From: Camelus ferus
Taxonomy: Eukaryota
DNA length: 64,000 nt
Direction: 5' to 3'
Assembly (NCBI RefSeq): GCF_009834535.1
Contig: NC_045705.1
Location: 70,742,001 to 70,806,000 of the forward strand
Part shown: in pieces, positions 1 to 13,530 of the stretch
Position numbering within the stretch: position 1 is the stretch's first letter
How the letters are laid out: every line of letters begins with the position of its first letter
Notes under the pieces: generated by a model
What the model saw: the letters and a program-made list of their open reading frames with translations, nothing else
Database searches by the model: none
What the model was told of the DNA's origin: nothing
Program-made: the position numbers and the translations under genes

Positions 1-2630
1 CTCGGCGTGCAGAGGGCCAGCCAGGACTTGGACAGTCACGGAGTCAGCAGCTGGTACCGCCCGGCCCGGCTGTGAGGACCAGGGGACCAGAGCCTGCGCG
101 TTACGCTGACTATTCACCAGGTTGGACGTCGGGAGGGGGCTGGGGTTTAGCAAACGGGAGGCCTGTCAGGCCTGTTTGCGAGAGACTGTCTCAGAGCTCA
201 GAGGCCGGAGCTGGGTGTCTACGCCGGAAATGTGGATTTAGAGGGCGTCTGCACAGAGCGAAGGTCTCTCTTCAGCGTCTCCATCCTCACCCCTCCACCA
301 TCCCTCCGTCTGCCCGTCTCCCGTCCAGCCCCTCGCTCCCGCTTCACCTCCACAGCTCTTTGTGCATTTGTCCGTCCACCCGTCCATCCATCTATCCATT
401 AAATCTCACCCCTTCGACTGAGCAAACGGATATGAACTGAAATACAACTGATTTCTGATTAGATTGTGAACTTTTGGGGCGGGGGGCAGAGTCCCCCTGT
501 CTCTGGAAGCCCAGAGAGTCACGGCCCACAGCAGGCTCCCAGGAATCTCTGTTGGATGAGTGAAGCATTCAGAAGAGATCAGACTGTCACATTTACCCAG
601 TTCCTTCGAAAAGACCTGTCCTTTTTCCCCTTCCCAGGGGCCTGGAGAGTGCGTGGCTATCGGTCAGTGGTGATGCCGCGCTGGGCTGGCATGTGGGTGG
701 GCCCTGTCCATCTTCTGGACGCTTCTTGTGCCTGAGCGAATGCGAGAGGACAGGCAAGGGGGACAGGCAGGCGCTGGGCACACCGGGGCGGGTGGCCGGA
801 TGTGGGGGGTGGATGGGAAGAGGGGGTGTGCGGAGGCCCCAGGCCAAACATTCCCCAGCCAAGCACCAGGGCGGGTGCTGGGCGGGGTGGGGCTGCCTCA
901 GAGGTGCGAGGTGGGAGCCTGCCATGGGCTCTGGAGGACCAAGGGGCCGGAGGCTCTGGGCTGAAGTCACACCCAGCTGGTCGGCTGGCCCGACAGTGGT
1001 AGGAGTGGAGAGACCACCCCAGCTGGACCCTGCCCAGCGCTGACCGCTGCCGGCCCCCCAGTGCTGGGAGCAGGCCTGTGCAGAAGTAGCCCTGGGGCCA
1101 GTCGCCCCCCTTTCCTGGAGGTGCTGCCCACCAGCCCACCTCAGCCCAGGCAGCAGCCTCCCTGCCAGGGGTCTAGGTGGGCAGTTTCCTCACGGGGGGA
1201 TCGTGACGGTCACTCAGCTGGCCAGAGGCTCCACCCAGAGGCTCCAGGCTCAGGAAGATCTGGGCCGAGGAGAGAAGGGGGCCTTGACACTGGAAATCCC
1301 GCATGCGGGTGCGGGGTGCCCCAGGCATCCACCATGCGATATCGGCCTGTCTTTCAACACCCCGACCCACGGCCTCCCCTTGTGCCAGGTGGTCTGGGGC
1401 AGAGGGCGCCTGGGGCAGGGAGCACAGTCAGTGAGGCCCCATGGAGATGGGGACCCCTGCAGGCAGGACCAGGGTGTTCCGGGTCCGGAGTGTGCAGGGC
1501 TCTGGAGTCTGGCCCAGGCCTCCATTCTCTGGGCTCTGCCGACCGCCCGGGCCCCACTGCCGTCCCTCCCAGGCTCTGGCAGGCACGTGCAGCGGGATGG
1601 GGGGGGTCCACGCTCCTGCAAGGTCTCCCCCTCACTCCCAGGCTGGGAGCCCCGGATGGGCTGTGTCCGAGCCCTCCAGCCCCGAGTGGCATATTCCTGC
1701 AGGTGTGGGCTGTGCAGGCCCCGAGGGACGGGCCTTGGTCTGCTGTTCATGCTGACCATCCTCCACGCTGCCCGTCGTGGCGGTCAGGCTGCCCTGGGCA
1801 GACAGGCCGGGCTGAGGTGGCCAGGTCCTGCCCCAGGTGTGGCCAGGGTCCTGGGCTGGGCATGTCTGCGGGGTCAATTCTGTGACCCTGCAGGCACGGT
1901 GACTTTGGGGTGCTGGCCCTGGGGAGGCCAGAGTCTCGAGACCAGGATGGCTTCATTCTTTGTCCCCCCAGGACTGGACACATGGAGCTGGCTGAGAACA
2001 GGCCTGGCCCCCATGTTTGTGAAGCAGGGGTCACCTTTCCCCTGAGGCTGTCTTAAAGAGGGGTGCACCTTCTATCCAGGGAGCCGCCTCTGGGGGGACC
2101 CTACTTGTTCCCAGGTGGGGACAGGCCAGACTGAGCCCACCCTCCCTGGCCCTGGGTGCCCTCAGGAATTGCCATCTGCCAGCCCTCTTGGCCCCCATGG
2201 AAGCACCTTGGGCTCAAGGCCCCCTCGGTGGACCGCATGTGACATTTTCTCTAGATACTCACACTGTGAGCAATTATGCGGGCCCCCACTGTCCCCTGAA
2301 CTTGGTTTTGCCCTGGGAAGACAGAGAAGTGGTGGGGAGGCCTGAGTGGGGCTGAGTGCATGGGGTGCGGTGACGGAGACCCCATGCTGGGGGGGGGGGG
2401 CACGAGGGTGGCCTGGCCATGGCAGTCCTCCAAAACAGGCACAGCGGACTGTGATGGGCGGGAAATCTGCCGAGTGGTCCAGGGGAGCCAGCGCCCTGCC
2501 TGTGTCGCCCCAGCGTTGGCGCCTGGTGAGGGAGCAGGGGCCTGGGACACCAGCCCCCATGCAACACTATACCTGTCCCTCCCTCGCAGGCTGGGCCCTG
2601 GATCCACCCCTCCATGTGACTGAAGGGCTG

Positions 2631-2674
2631 GTGCACGCGTGTGTGTGCGTGTGCGTGTGCGTGCGTGTGTGTGT
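2631..2674. repeat. (TG/CG)n alternating purine-pyrimidine microsatellite
   Basis: gtgcacgcgtgtgtgtgcgtgtgcgtgtgcgtgcgtgtgtgtgt, uninterrupted R-Y alternation. Confidence 0.85.
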
Positions 2675-3524
2675 TGGCTGGAAGCCCTCGTGTCCTCAGG
2701 CCTGGCCCTGGTCAGCCCCATGGCGGCCTAGGAGATGCAGAGCTGTAAGGTGGGACTGGCAGGGCTTGGGGGCCCCCCACCTGTGGGCGTCCTGGGAGGC
2801 CCTCAGGCCCAGAGAACCATGCCTGCCCCAGGCCTGTTCTAAGGCTGAGGCTGTTGGCCCATGGCTGGTCCCGTAGGCGGAGGGCTCGGGCTCCAGGCAC
2901 CACAGCCTTGCCTGGGCCCTCACCTCCCCCACAGTCGGTCCAGGACTGTAAGTGAGCTAGCCTGGCAACACCTGTCCCACAGCGCCATGGGCCACACCTG
3001 CTCCAAAAATGGGATGAGGGCCCCACTGTGTGGCCACCTGGCCACACTGCAGGGTGGACATCTGGGCTCAGGCTGCAGTCCTCATCACACCTCCTTTAAC
3101 TGTGTGTGACAGACAGACAGATATACAGACAGGGAGGCTGACGAGGCCACACAGCCACATTTCTGCTGCCCTAGGTGCCCCTCCTATCTACAGAGAGTGG
3201 TCTTCTGCCGCCCCAAAGCTTTCCTGTGGGGCAGTCGGGCGGCTGGGCTGTAGCAGCTGACACAGATGGCCCGCCCTGCCCGGATCAGCCTCAGCCCCCG
3301 ACACCAAGACCTCGACCAGAACCCAGCCCAGCCCCCGCCCACGTGGGCCAGGGGGCGTACACCCCCTTCGGCGCTCCCCACCTGGACATGAGGATGCCGC
3401 CCTCCCCCCACGGAGGCAGGACACCCCCTCCCTCGCTGACCCCTCCCTAAGGTGGCAGAGGCAGCTTGGTCCAGTGGGGTCCGAAGGCCTGGGTCCCACC
3501 CCCACTCACTGCCTTTTCGGACCC

Positions 3525-3565
3525 CCGTTTCCTCACCTGTTAAAGGGGAGTGATGACAATAGAGC
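3525..3565 (+). mobile_element. MIR SINE core fragment
   Basis: cccgtttcctcacctgttaaaggggagtgatgacaatag resembles the MIR core (ctcagtttcctcatctgtaaaatggggataataatag). Confidence 0.55.
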
Positions 3566-4913
3566 CCGCATCGGTTTGGTGCCCACAGACGCACCATGGA
3601 ACTGCCCGGGGTGGGGGGGCTGCCTTTGGTCTGGTCAGGAATAGCCTCTGCTGGTCTGGCGGGACTGCAGGGGTGCTGGGAACACGCCGGAGGGAGCAAG
3701 GGTCCCCGGAGGAAAGCCTGGGCTGGGGGCTTCCCAGGTCACTGCTCATCCCACCTCCTGGATCTGAGGCCTCTAGGCGGGGGTGGCCCCTCACTCCCTG
3801 CTGGGCATCTGGGTCTCCTGTGGACGCCTCTGACGTTCTGATCTGTGCAGCTGACCGCATCCTGGAAAACACTACCCGTCGACCACCAATGTTGGGGTGG
3901 TTCTCAGGTCCCAAGAAGGACCGCACACCCTGCCTCCTGCCTTGGGATCTGGGAACAGGGGACCATGGGCTCCACACACAGTTCAGCCCAGTGTCGGTGG
4001 CCCTGCGTCCCGAGGAGCCCAGACATCCCTCCACAGATGGCCCTGCAGGGCTAAGCTGACCTCGGCTGCCTGGTGGACCCCTTCCCCGGGTGGGGCCACC
4101 TTCTCTTTCCTGCCCGGACTCCCCCCACAACTGGAGGGCCAAGAGGGAGGTGATACCGCAGAAGGCCACGTGGGGGCGCCAGTGCACAAGGAACCCGGAA
4201 GGGAGCTGGCCAGTTGGGGCTGCTGCTGACCCACGAGGCTGGGGACTCTCCACGGCCTGGCAGAGGTGAGCGGGCGTGCCGCTGCCCCCAGGGAGAGTGC
4301 AACCCACAGGAAGCAAGAGAGAGGCAAGAAGCTGCAGAGAAGAGGGCGTGCAAAGTAGTGTGGTCCATTCAAGTCCCCGTCTGGGCCCTAGGGCACTGGG
4401 GGTGGAGGTGGAGAAGGGAGCAGGCGGGTGCCCGGTGTGCGAGGAGCGGGGACCCCAGGACAAGCTCCAGCGCGTGGAGCTGAGGGCACTGGGAGGGCCC
4501 AAGGACCCCCATCCGCGCCCTTCACCCAGTGTGTGCACGGGCACACCCACAGGCTCGCCTAGAAACGTGCCCACATCGGCTTCCCTCGCGACACAAATGC
4601 ACACACATCTTCCCCCCAGAAACACCCACGTGGGCCCCACACGGACACACCCCACAAACCCCCACAGACACTCCCACCACTGGAGGGAGGACCTCCTGCC
4701 CAGAGAGGGTCCCAGCCTGCGGGAGGCTGCAGATGGGTCCCCGACTCTCCCACATTCGTGGCCTGGTGGGTTTCCGTGACGATGGCCATGGATGGATTCC
4801 AGGTCTGGCTGGGGGCTGGGTCACAGGCCCGGATACCCGCTCCGTTTGCTGTCCCTTCCCCTCCCCAGGGCAGGCTCTGTCCCTCTTGCTGCCACTGTCA
4901 CCACTCTGGACAG

Positions 4914-4959
4914 GCACGCACACACACGTACATGCACACACGCACACATGCACACACAC
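4914..4959. repeat. (CA)n-like microsatellite
   Basis: gcacgcacacacacgtacatgcacacacgcacacatgcacacacac. Confidence 0.8.
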
Positions 4960-7900
4960 TGAGTCCACGAAGAGCATGACAGGGCCTAGGGCGCAGGGTC
5001 CAGGCCCCCAACACACCATTGGCCAGGGGAAGAGCACTGGGCTGAGAGTCCAGAGGTCATCGGCCATGTGGCCTGGGGTGGGGAACATCTCCCTGTCTTG
5101 GAGGGCCCTGGCGGTGGCAGCGTCGGATGGAGAGTCTCCCAGGTGAGCTCTAGCCCTCCTCCCATGGGGCTCGCGGAATCAGAGGCTCTCTGTGGCCTGG
5201 AGCTCAGGGCTGGCCAGCAGGTGTGGGCTCAGTGCCCCTGCCCCGTGCCCTGGCTCCCCGCCCCTGCCCTGGGCCCCGACTCCCCCTCCCTGCCCTGGGC
5301 CCCAGCTCCTCCGACTCCTACTGCTCCATTCCCGCCCCTCACACCGCCTGCCTGGACCTCTCCGCTCCCCCCACCGCTTCTATGGGCCCTCCCGGCTCCC
5401 CCAGCACAGAGCCTGCACCCCTGTCCTCTGAGTCGCTCCCAGCTGTCCTTCCTCCCGTCACCCTCACTCCCCTCGCCTGCCGACTCCTGGTGGAGGAGTG
5501 AGTGTCACCTGTCATGATGACACAGACCAGGGCCAGCGCAGTGGCAGGGCCAGAGGAGCAGAGCGGCTCCAATGTGCCCGCAGGCAAGGTCAGGCTCGAA
5601 TCTGGACAGAGCACTGTGTGCCCTCAGCAGCAGGACAGCCTGGGGTGGGGTCTCCAAGCCCCAGGAGCCCTCCATCACCCCGCTGACTCCCACCACAGCC
5701 TTCAGGGTTGGCCTCAGGACCCCTGTACAGGTGGGGACCCCGAGGCCACCAGGGTGTGGCCAATTAGGGTCTCTTTTTCTGGGTGGCATCAGGGCTGACC
5801 CCATCCATGTCTGGCAGTGACCTGCCCACCCTCCCCCCCTCCTCCTCTGCTGCAGGCAGCATCAGACCTGGACCCCAGACCCCATGCCAGCAGTCTGCCA
5901 GCTCAGGACAGCCTCCCCGAGCCCCACTCACCTTCGGTGGACAGCAGCCGTGGTTGGCCATCGGCTGTGGAGCAGAGGCCCGCTGGCCCTGCAGGAAGTG
6001 GAGAGGAAGTGGGGAGGGGAGTGCCTGCCTGCCACCAGCCCCCCGGCACCCCGCTTGCCTGGGGGTTTGGCAGGACGCCCCCTCCCCTGGTCCTGCAGGG
6101 GTACATTTGCGGCAGCCTGACCATTCTGGCTCCAGTGGGCAGTGGCCGGTGCATTGGCAGCTGGGGACAGGCCTCCTGGGAGGGACCCTCAGCCCGCAGG
6201 GGCCTTAACCAGGAGCAGACTGGGCGGTTCCCTGTACGCACTCGGGGCTCTGGTGGAAACCCACGTCCCTGGGTGTGGAATATGGGGACCCGGGTGGCAG
6301 GAGCCTGGCCTCAGGCTGGGGCCTCTTGCTTCTGGGGCTGTGGAGAGCCGGGTCAGGTCCCAGCCTGGGGGGAGCGGCCCATGAGGTACAGGTGGCATTT
6401 TCCCTGAGAAATCACATTGCTCCTGCCGCCCCCCTCCCCGTGGTGATTTGGTATCAGCTTCTCCGCCACAGACACAGCCAATTCCAGCATCTTTGGTGCC
6501 CTGCCCCCGGGACTCAGCACAGCCCGGAGCCCCCTGCCTTAAAGAAGAAGAAATAGGAAACACGGGCGAGCTGAGGCCCAGTGTGCCCACACACAGGGCA
6601 CAGTGCCACCCTGAACTGGGGCCCCTCGCCCCACGAAGGGGTCCTACCCATCGTGTGGGGGTGTCGGTACCGATCACCCCCATCTGTCCATCCCCCCAGC
6701 TCCCGGAGGCCGTCACCCATTTTGTCTCAAATGTATTAGAGGCACCTGTTCTTTGTCTCCCGTTTGCATTTCTAATGAGCATGGATTACTTTTATCATCA
6801 GGAAAAAATTATATATATATAAATACATTTCAGTTAAAACTGGTTTTTCAGTGACAAACATAAAGCCCAAACCAATCCCATTCACTGACTCCTAAAGTGT
6901 CTCGTGTGCCCAGTGAAACCTTCCACAAGACAGAGGAACGCGGGGAGAATCAAGCCCCTCTTCTCCTGCGGCCCCGGGGCCCCTCCCTGGAGCAGCCCGG
7001 CGTCTGGTTTCGGTTCCGAGAGTTCTGGAGACCTCAGTGCAGACACAGGCAGTCGCCTCCTCTGCCCCCTCCCAACTCCAGCCCCCGTGCGCACGGCTCC
7101 CACCGCCCCAGGCTTCGGGGGAGGCTGCGGGTGGCCAGGCCAGGTGCTCTGGGCTTTCTCAGCACCCAGGAGCTAGATTTCCTGCAGCCGCTTCCCCCCC
7201 CCCCCGCCCCCGCCGGGTGCGTGCATGCAAGGAGTCAGCTCTCTGGGCCCCACGGGCCCCACGGGCCCCAGCGCGATGGGGAGCAGATAAGGGCGGAATA
7301 GCCGCCCGCCCTGACGAACAGTGATTCCTAAGACACTGGATGGTGGTGCGTAATGCGACAGAAGGAAACTGATTTCCAGGCCTCCTCTAAACAGTGTCGC
7401 TGGCGACAACAGCCCCTCACCTTCTAGTCAGTGGCCGAGAGGGCCGTGCACCCTCTCTGTCCTTTGACGCTGGGTGGATTCGAACGCACATGGGATGACA
7501 GCAGGGCGACGCCGTGTGCACCCCACATGGATGATCACGCCGAAGACTCTTGGAGGAAAAAGATGCTGGGAGACAGACGCCCCAGGTCAGCGGGGCAGCT
7601 GCATGGGGGTTCGGGCCTGGCCGCTATTTGCTATAATTTTGTTCACTTTGCTGTGTCACGGAAGACAGCACGTCACTATTTAAAAAATCAATAAATGGTC
7701 CCGACACTTTTAATGGAGAGGAAATAAATAGGAACCGAGACTGACCAGCTGGAGCAACAGCGCTTTCTGCTCTGCCCGCCGAGCCCCCCGGCTGTGCCCG
7801 CCCCCGCTGGGGTCGGAAGCTGTAATCAGATCAGATGGCATGGCCGGCTCCCGGAGGCTGGGCAGTGAGCATCCCTACGCCGGAGGGGAGGTCCGTCCTT

Positions 7901-10792
7901 CGTCCCCTGCCTCCATCTGTACCCCAGATGGAGGGCGGGGAGGGCCCTGTTACCTTGTCACCTGGAAGCTAGCCTGGGGCTCTGTAACTGGGGTCCCTCT
8001 GCCCCGGGCCCCCACTCCCCTGTCTGGGAGGGCGCGTCTGGGGTGTCTGTGCTCCAGGCCCTGCACATTCAGACAAGGCACTTCCCCGGCAGAGGGAGGC
8101 AGGGCTGCATCCCTTATTCTGCACCCCTCAGCCTCCACAGTGATGCGGGCTTCCCAGGGAGGGAGGGCCCACCCCAGGGTCCACAGCTGCGGGTCTCCTG
8201 GGAGTGTGGCCCAGGGAGGCACAGCTCTGACCGTCACTCAGCCCTCCTGCCTGCCTTTGGCTGTCGCTCTGGGCCTGCCGACCGGGTATGAAAGCTCCAA
8301 TGGGCAGAGGAGAGTGGACCGAGGCAGCTCCTCGTTGCAAAAGCACTGCCCCGGGGCCTCTTTTTAAGCCCTGTTTCCCCTCTTTGGGTTGGAATCGGGT
8401 ATCCAAGGATGCCTCACAAAATCCAGACCCAGGTCCCAGTGCACAAGCTCTTCCCACAGGCCCACATCCCCGCCACCCTCCCCTCCAAGGTCTGGAAGGA
8501 AGGACCCTCGGGCGAGTGAGTGTGTGTGCAGGCGGGTAGGGACATCAATGTTAATCTTCTTAGGAGTTTATCACAAAGAGCAGGCCCTCCAAAGCCGGCC
8601 CCCGCGTCCCCTCCAGCGACCGGCTTGCACACGGTCAGCCGCCCATCTTCCCTTTCTCTGCAGCCTCCGAAGCGACCCTGCCTCCTGTTTACGCAGCCCC
8701 CTCCGGGGCACTTGGGGGTGGAGAGCTGGAAATTTTTGCTTTTCTAGCTGAAGCTGAAGCTGCGGTGACTTCCTGGAGGACCAGTTCCGATGGAATCGCT
8801 GGGTCATTTAGAACTTGGAGAAATGTGGCCCCGGTGGCCCCCATCCGGGCGGCCTCCCAGCCCAGAATCCCCAGCAGCAATGCCTGCGAAGGGAAAACCC
8901 GCCCCTCAGGGTGTCTGAGCCCGTCAGAGTCAACTTCACTCTCCCTGACGTCCAACAACGTCTGGAAATTTTAAGGGGTCAAGGGAAGCCCCTCCTCTGG
9001 GCTCTGAGAATGAGTGGTGGGGTACAGGGGGAGGGAAGGGGGATCTCTGGACAGGTGTGGTCGGGCTGGCCGGGGGGCCTGGGCTGGGTGGCCAGTGAGG
9101 TCATGCTGTCATTGACGGGCACTGGGAGCCACTGAAGGTGCCTGAGTCGGAGAGTGACTGGGGAAACATATTTCAGTGAAGTCTTGAAACAACAGAAGCG
9201 GGGTGGGGGGGCAGGAGGAGCCGAGAGGCCCCCAGATATGTTGCGGGGGTCCTGACACACCCAGAGGGCTCACGGATCTGCTGTGTGTGCTGCACAGACC
9301 ACAGCATTGGTTTGAACCCCCAGACGCCTGCTGGGATGTGGAGAAGGGGGAGACCCTGTGGCCAAGTGTGCAGGACCGGGGAAAGGGGGCAGTCTGGCTG
9401 GGGCACAAGCCGTAGGGACCTTGACCTGGGTGAGAGGTGGGGCTGGGCAAGGTCACCATCCGGGCACAGAGGAGGAGCAGACCTGGGTTGTGGGGTATGA
9501 CCCCCCCATGGCCCAGCAGACAGTGGGGCAGGCATAGGGGCTCCAGCCGTCTGAGGACCAGGAGGCCAGACGCCCAGGGGGCTGAAGCTGGCAGGAAGAG
9601 GTTCCTTCCAGAGGGGGGTGGTCAGAGTCCCTGCCCACCACAAGAACCCTGGGACCACCCCCCTCCCCATGCCGCCCCTGCCCCTCTGGCCCTGCCCCGT
9701 GCCCAGCCCCACTCCATCCCTAACCCCTGCCCCCAGGGCGATCGAGGAGGTGGGCTGAGTTTCTGCAGCCTGTTCTCCTGGATGGGCGCCCTGATGTCAT
9801 CAGGGAAGCCGTGGTCAGTCGGCCTGAGTCCAGACCCCCGCCCATGCCGCCCGCACGAGCCCCCAGACAGTCTGAGGGCTTCTCCTGTTACCCAGGGGTT
9901 GGGAACGGCTGCCCCCGCCCCCTACTGGAAGTCCCTGCCGCTCCGTCTTCAGGGGCACCTGGTGTATCTCAACACTTGCCACTCGGCCTTCAGTGACCCC
10001 TGACCCTTTTGATGGACATCAAAACTCAGCGCCTGCCCCGGAGGCCACGCCCCCGACCCCTCCAAGACCAGCAGATCCTGCCAGCAGCTCCTAGAAGAAA
10101 GGCAAGAGTGACTTGCATGATCTCATCCGAGCACACAACCGCACGAGGGTTGTGCAGGTGACACCCGATGACTTCGGGGGCCCAGTGTTGCTGCGGGAGG
10201 GCCACCGCTCCCTCTGAGGGGTCGCTGCTCCCCTTGGGATGGATTTCCCAGACAAGACCCAGACTGCAAAGGCCACGAGGGGAAAGGCTGACCCTCCTGA
10301 CCCCACCGGGGCACATCAAAGCCAGACCCTTCTGGTGATAAGAGGCCCATCAACCCAGGAACAAGCAGAGCCCGGGCCACGGAAGAGCATGTTTGCCGAA
10401 AAGCATTCGTGTCCAGAACATATAAATCCTCTTCCGGCTCATTACGAAAAGCAGTGTCCACAGGGAGAAGGAGGGGAAACGGAGAAGGGACCCCTCTGGG
10501 AGGAAGGGGATGTGGCCAGGAGGCCGGGAAAGGTGGCGCCCTGGGTCAGCACGGCCCTCTCACACCCATCACTCCGGCAGACACACGGAGGAAATGCAGA
10601 ACTTTGATCCTATCCAGTGTTGGTGCGGACTTGGCAAGCGTCTGGGGCGGCCACTCTGGAAGACACCAGGTGGTCCTAACAAAGCCCTGAAGCACAGGCA
10701 CCCCCGGGCCCAGGTCCACCTTCTCCCCAGAGGGTCACCTTCCAGGCTTGGGGAGTGGGAGGGCCAGGCCTGCGGAGGGCTTTTACTCCTCT

Positions 10793-10837
10793 GTGCGTGT
10801 CTGTGTGTCTGTGTGCGTGTGTGCCTGTGTATGTGTG
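10793..10837. repeat. degenerate (TG)n microsatellite
   Basis: gtgcgtgtctgtgtgtctgtgtgcgtgtgtgcctgtgtatgtgtg. Confidence 0.75.
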
Positions 10838-10859
10838 TTTAGAGGAGAATCTGCTACTT

Positions 10860-11525
10860 GTATAATTCAAATTAAGAAACGGTTGCACAGATAGGGTGAA
10901 ACCGGACCGTTGGCCGCTGCCAGTGGGAATGCAGAATGGGGTGGCCACCGCAGAAGGCAGGATGGAGTTTCCACAAAAAAGTAAAAGATACAATTACCAT
11001 GTGACCCTGCAGCCCCTTGCTGAGCATCTCCTCAGAAGACGTGGAGACAGGGACTCAGATACGTGCACACCCGTGTCCACAGCAGCCAAATCTGGGAGCA
11101 GCCCGAGTGTCCATCATGGGATGGGTGGATACACAAAATGTGGTGGGGCCACACAATGGAATATTATTCGGCCTTAAAAAGGACGAAATTCTGACCCTGG
11201 CTACACCATGGATGAGCCTTGGATGAAATGATCCAGATCCCAAGGACAAACCCTGCACAGTCCCCCTCACAGGAGGTCCCTTGAGGAGTCAAATTCAGAG
11301 ACAGGAAGTAGGGTGTGGGGGCCGGGGCTGGGGGAGGGGGAGAGGGAGAGCCAGTGTTTAACGGGGACAGAGTGTCAGCTCGGGAAGATGTGAGGTTCTG
11401 GGGGTGGATGGCGTGACGGTCGCACAACAATGTGAATGTGCTGAGTGCCCCTGAGCTGTGCACTAAAAACGGTTAAGACAGTAAATTTTGTTTTTTGGTG
11501 CACTTTACTGCAATTTAAAAAATAA
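10860..11525 (+). mobile_element. old LINE-1 3' end (L1MB/L1M-type)
   Basis: Typical L1 3' motifs: agtgggaatgcagaatgg, caattaccatgtgaccc, cacaatggaatattattcggccttaaaaagg, catggatgagccttg, ggtcgcacaacaatgtgaatgtgct, ending in an A-rich tail. A further small fragment lies at about 10590-10680. Confidence 0.85.
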
Positions 11526-12644
11526 GCAATTGTTTTAAAAACTCGATGGCATAAAGAGTGGCGGGGCTGGGCCCCCGCAGACGTCACCCTGGCCTGGGGT
11601 GTCGAGAAGGGGCACGGGAAGGAAGTGCGGGCTCACTGGCCCACAGACCCCCCAGGCACTTGCCCGCTGGGGCCCGACTGCCCCCCGACCGTCTCCCTTT
11701 GCTCCATTTAACAGAAGCGTGGGGCCCACCGCGCAGGCGCCAGGTAGGCAGAGACCGGTAGGCCCACGACGACCCCTGGGGTCGACAGTCCACCGAGAAA
11801 ACAGCCGCAGCTGCAGAAGTGCTGCCTGGGGGTCTGGGGGCCTGGGGACTATGGGGACATCAGGCGCGTCGCCTTGTCTGGGGATGAGGGAGGGTCCCAG
11901 GCCCTGTGGCAGGAGGGAGGGCCCCGAACCTGCCCAGCTCTGCCAGGAGACCCTGTCCCGGCGGCCTGGCCACCCTCTCCAGGTCCCCCTCCAAGGGCAG
12001 CTGTGCAGAGGGCCCCCCGCCTGCTGGCCCCCGGCCCCGCGTGGTCGTCCATCGCACAGGTCTGGTCTCCCTGGAGGGCAGCCAAGGGGAGGGCTTCCTC
12101 GGCTGGGGGCTTGGACTGGCCCGGGAGCTGCCGAGGGAGCCAGGAAGGCTGGAGCCACATGGTGCAGAGAGCGGGGACTCCCGGGTCACAGGGCTGGGCT
12201 GCTGGGGACGCCGGGCCTGCACCCGCCTGCCGGCAAGTGAAGGGCCCACCGGCATCTCGTGGCTCTTGCAGGGGTTGGCGCGGCCTCTCCCAGCCTGGGT
12301 TTCCTCACTGCTCTTCCTGCCTCAGGGGAGCGTCCGGGGAAATTTCCAGAATTTGGAACTCTCTCCCAGAAACCTTGGGGTGAGGGGAGGGGCCCCCAAA
12401 GCGCTGCCTTCTTTCTCCCTCCCTCCCAGAGACTGGCCACTGTCTCTCCAGAGAGGGGTGAAGTCTCCCTCCAGCCATCCTGGGGGGGGGGTCCAGGGCA
12501 TGCGAGGTCCCCCACTCCCCATTCAGGACTCAGCCTGGCGGGAGAGAGGCCGTGGAAGGGTCTCGCCTGCATTGGGAACCCTACATGGGTCTCCCCCTGC
12601 CAGGGATGAGACCCCGGAAGGGAAGGGCCCCTGACTCCAAGACA

Positions 12645-12700
12645 GCCCTGGAAATGCTTGTTGAGTGAGTGAGTGAATGAGCAGAATGAAGGAAGGAAGG
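12645..12700 (+). mobile_element. L2 3' tail fragment
   Basis: aaatgcttgttgagtgagtgagtgaatgagcagaatgaagg matches the L2 terminus pattern (aaatgtttgttgaatgaatgaatgaa). Confidence 0.5.
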
Positions 12701-13469
12701 ACCAGGCTGGGGAAGAGAGCAGCGGGCCTTTCCCGCCCCCACGGGGGACAGAGCTGCAGCCTCGGCTCTGTGGGACCAGCCCCTGCTGGGGAGACCCAGG
12801 CCCCAGGCAGCAACCCCAGAAAGCACAGGCCCAGCTCTCTGTGGGATACGTTTATATTACAAAACCCACGCTTGAGCTCAAGGTGGGCCAGCTGGGTCTC
12901 CGCCGAGCTCATCCTGGGCCCCAAAGTCATCAAAAGTAAGTAATCGCAAATAAGCCCTGTCTAAATATCACGGCCAGCCGGGTCAGCAGCGCGCCCTGGA
13001 AATGTCACTGGCGGGGCGGGGGCTGCTCTGAGCCCGGGATTAGCCAAAGGCACCTGAAAAGACTGTGCCAGCGGCCTCCCACCTGGGCAGAGGCTCAGAC
13101 GATTACGGCTCCGGGGCCCCTCGGGGGCCGGGGACCCTTCTTTCAGTCCTGCTGGTGCCCCGGAAAGGATGCCAGCTGCCGGGGAAGCTGAGTGGGGGAG
13201 GCGGAGCTTGGCCGGAGTGGGGGATACACGCCTGGGTCCAGACCAGGAGCCCAGGGTTGGGGGAGGCAGGCAGCCCCAGGGAGGAAGCTGCCCACTGAAG
13301 ACCCCAGCCCGGGAGGCGAGGTGTGGGGACGGGCGAGGCTCGGGCGGCCGCCCATCCAAACTCCTCTCCCTGCGTGATTGTGTCTCCTCTCCCAGCCTGA
13401 GGTTCTCCACTGCACACACGGTGCCTGCCCAGCAACGGGTGTGGCGCTGGTAGCTTGGGAAACCAGCGG

Positions 13470-13530
13470 GTCACACCCTCTCTGCTTCAGTTTTCTCACC
13501 TGAAGGTCGGGATTCTGGTACCCAGCTCTG
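13470..13530 (+). mobile_element. MIR SINE core fragment
   Basis: ccctctctgcttcagttttctcacctgaaggtcgggatt. Confidence 0.55.
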
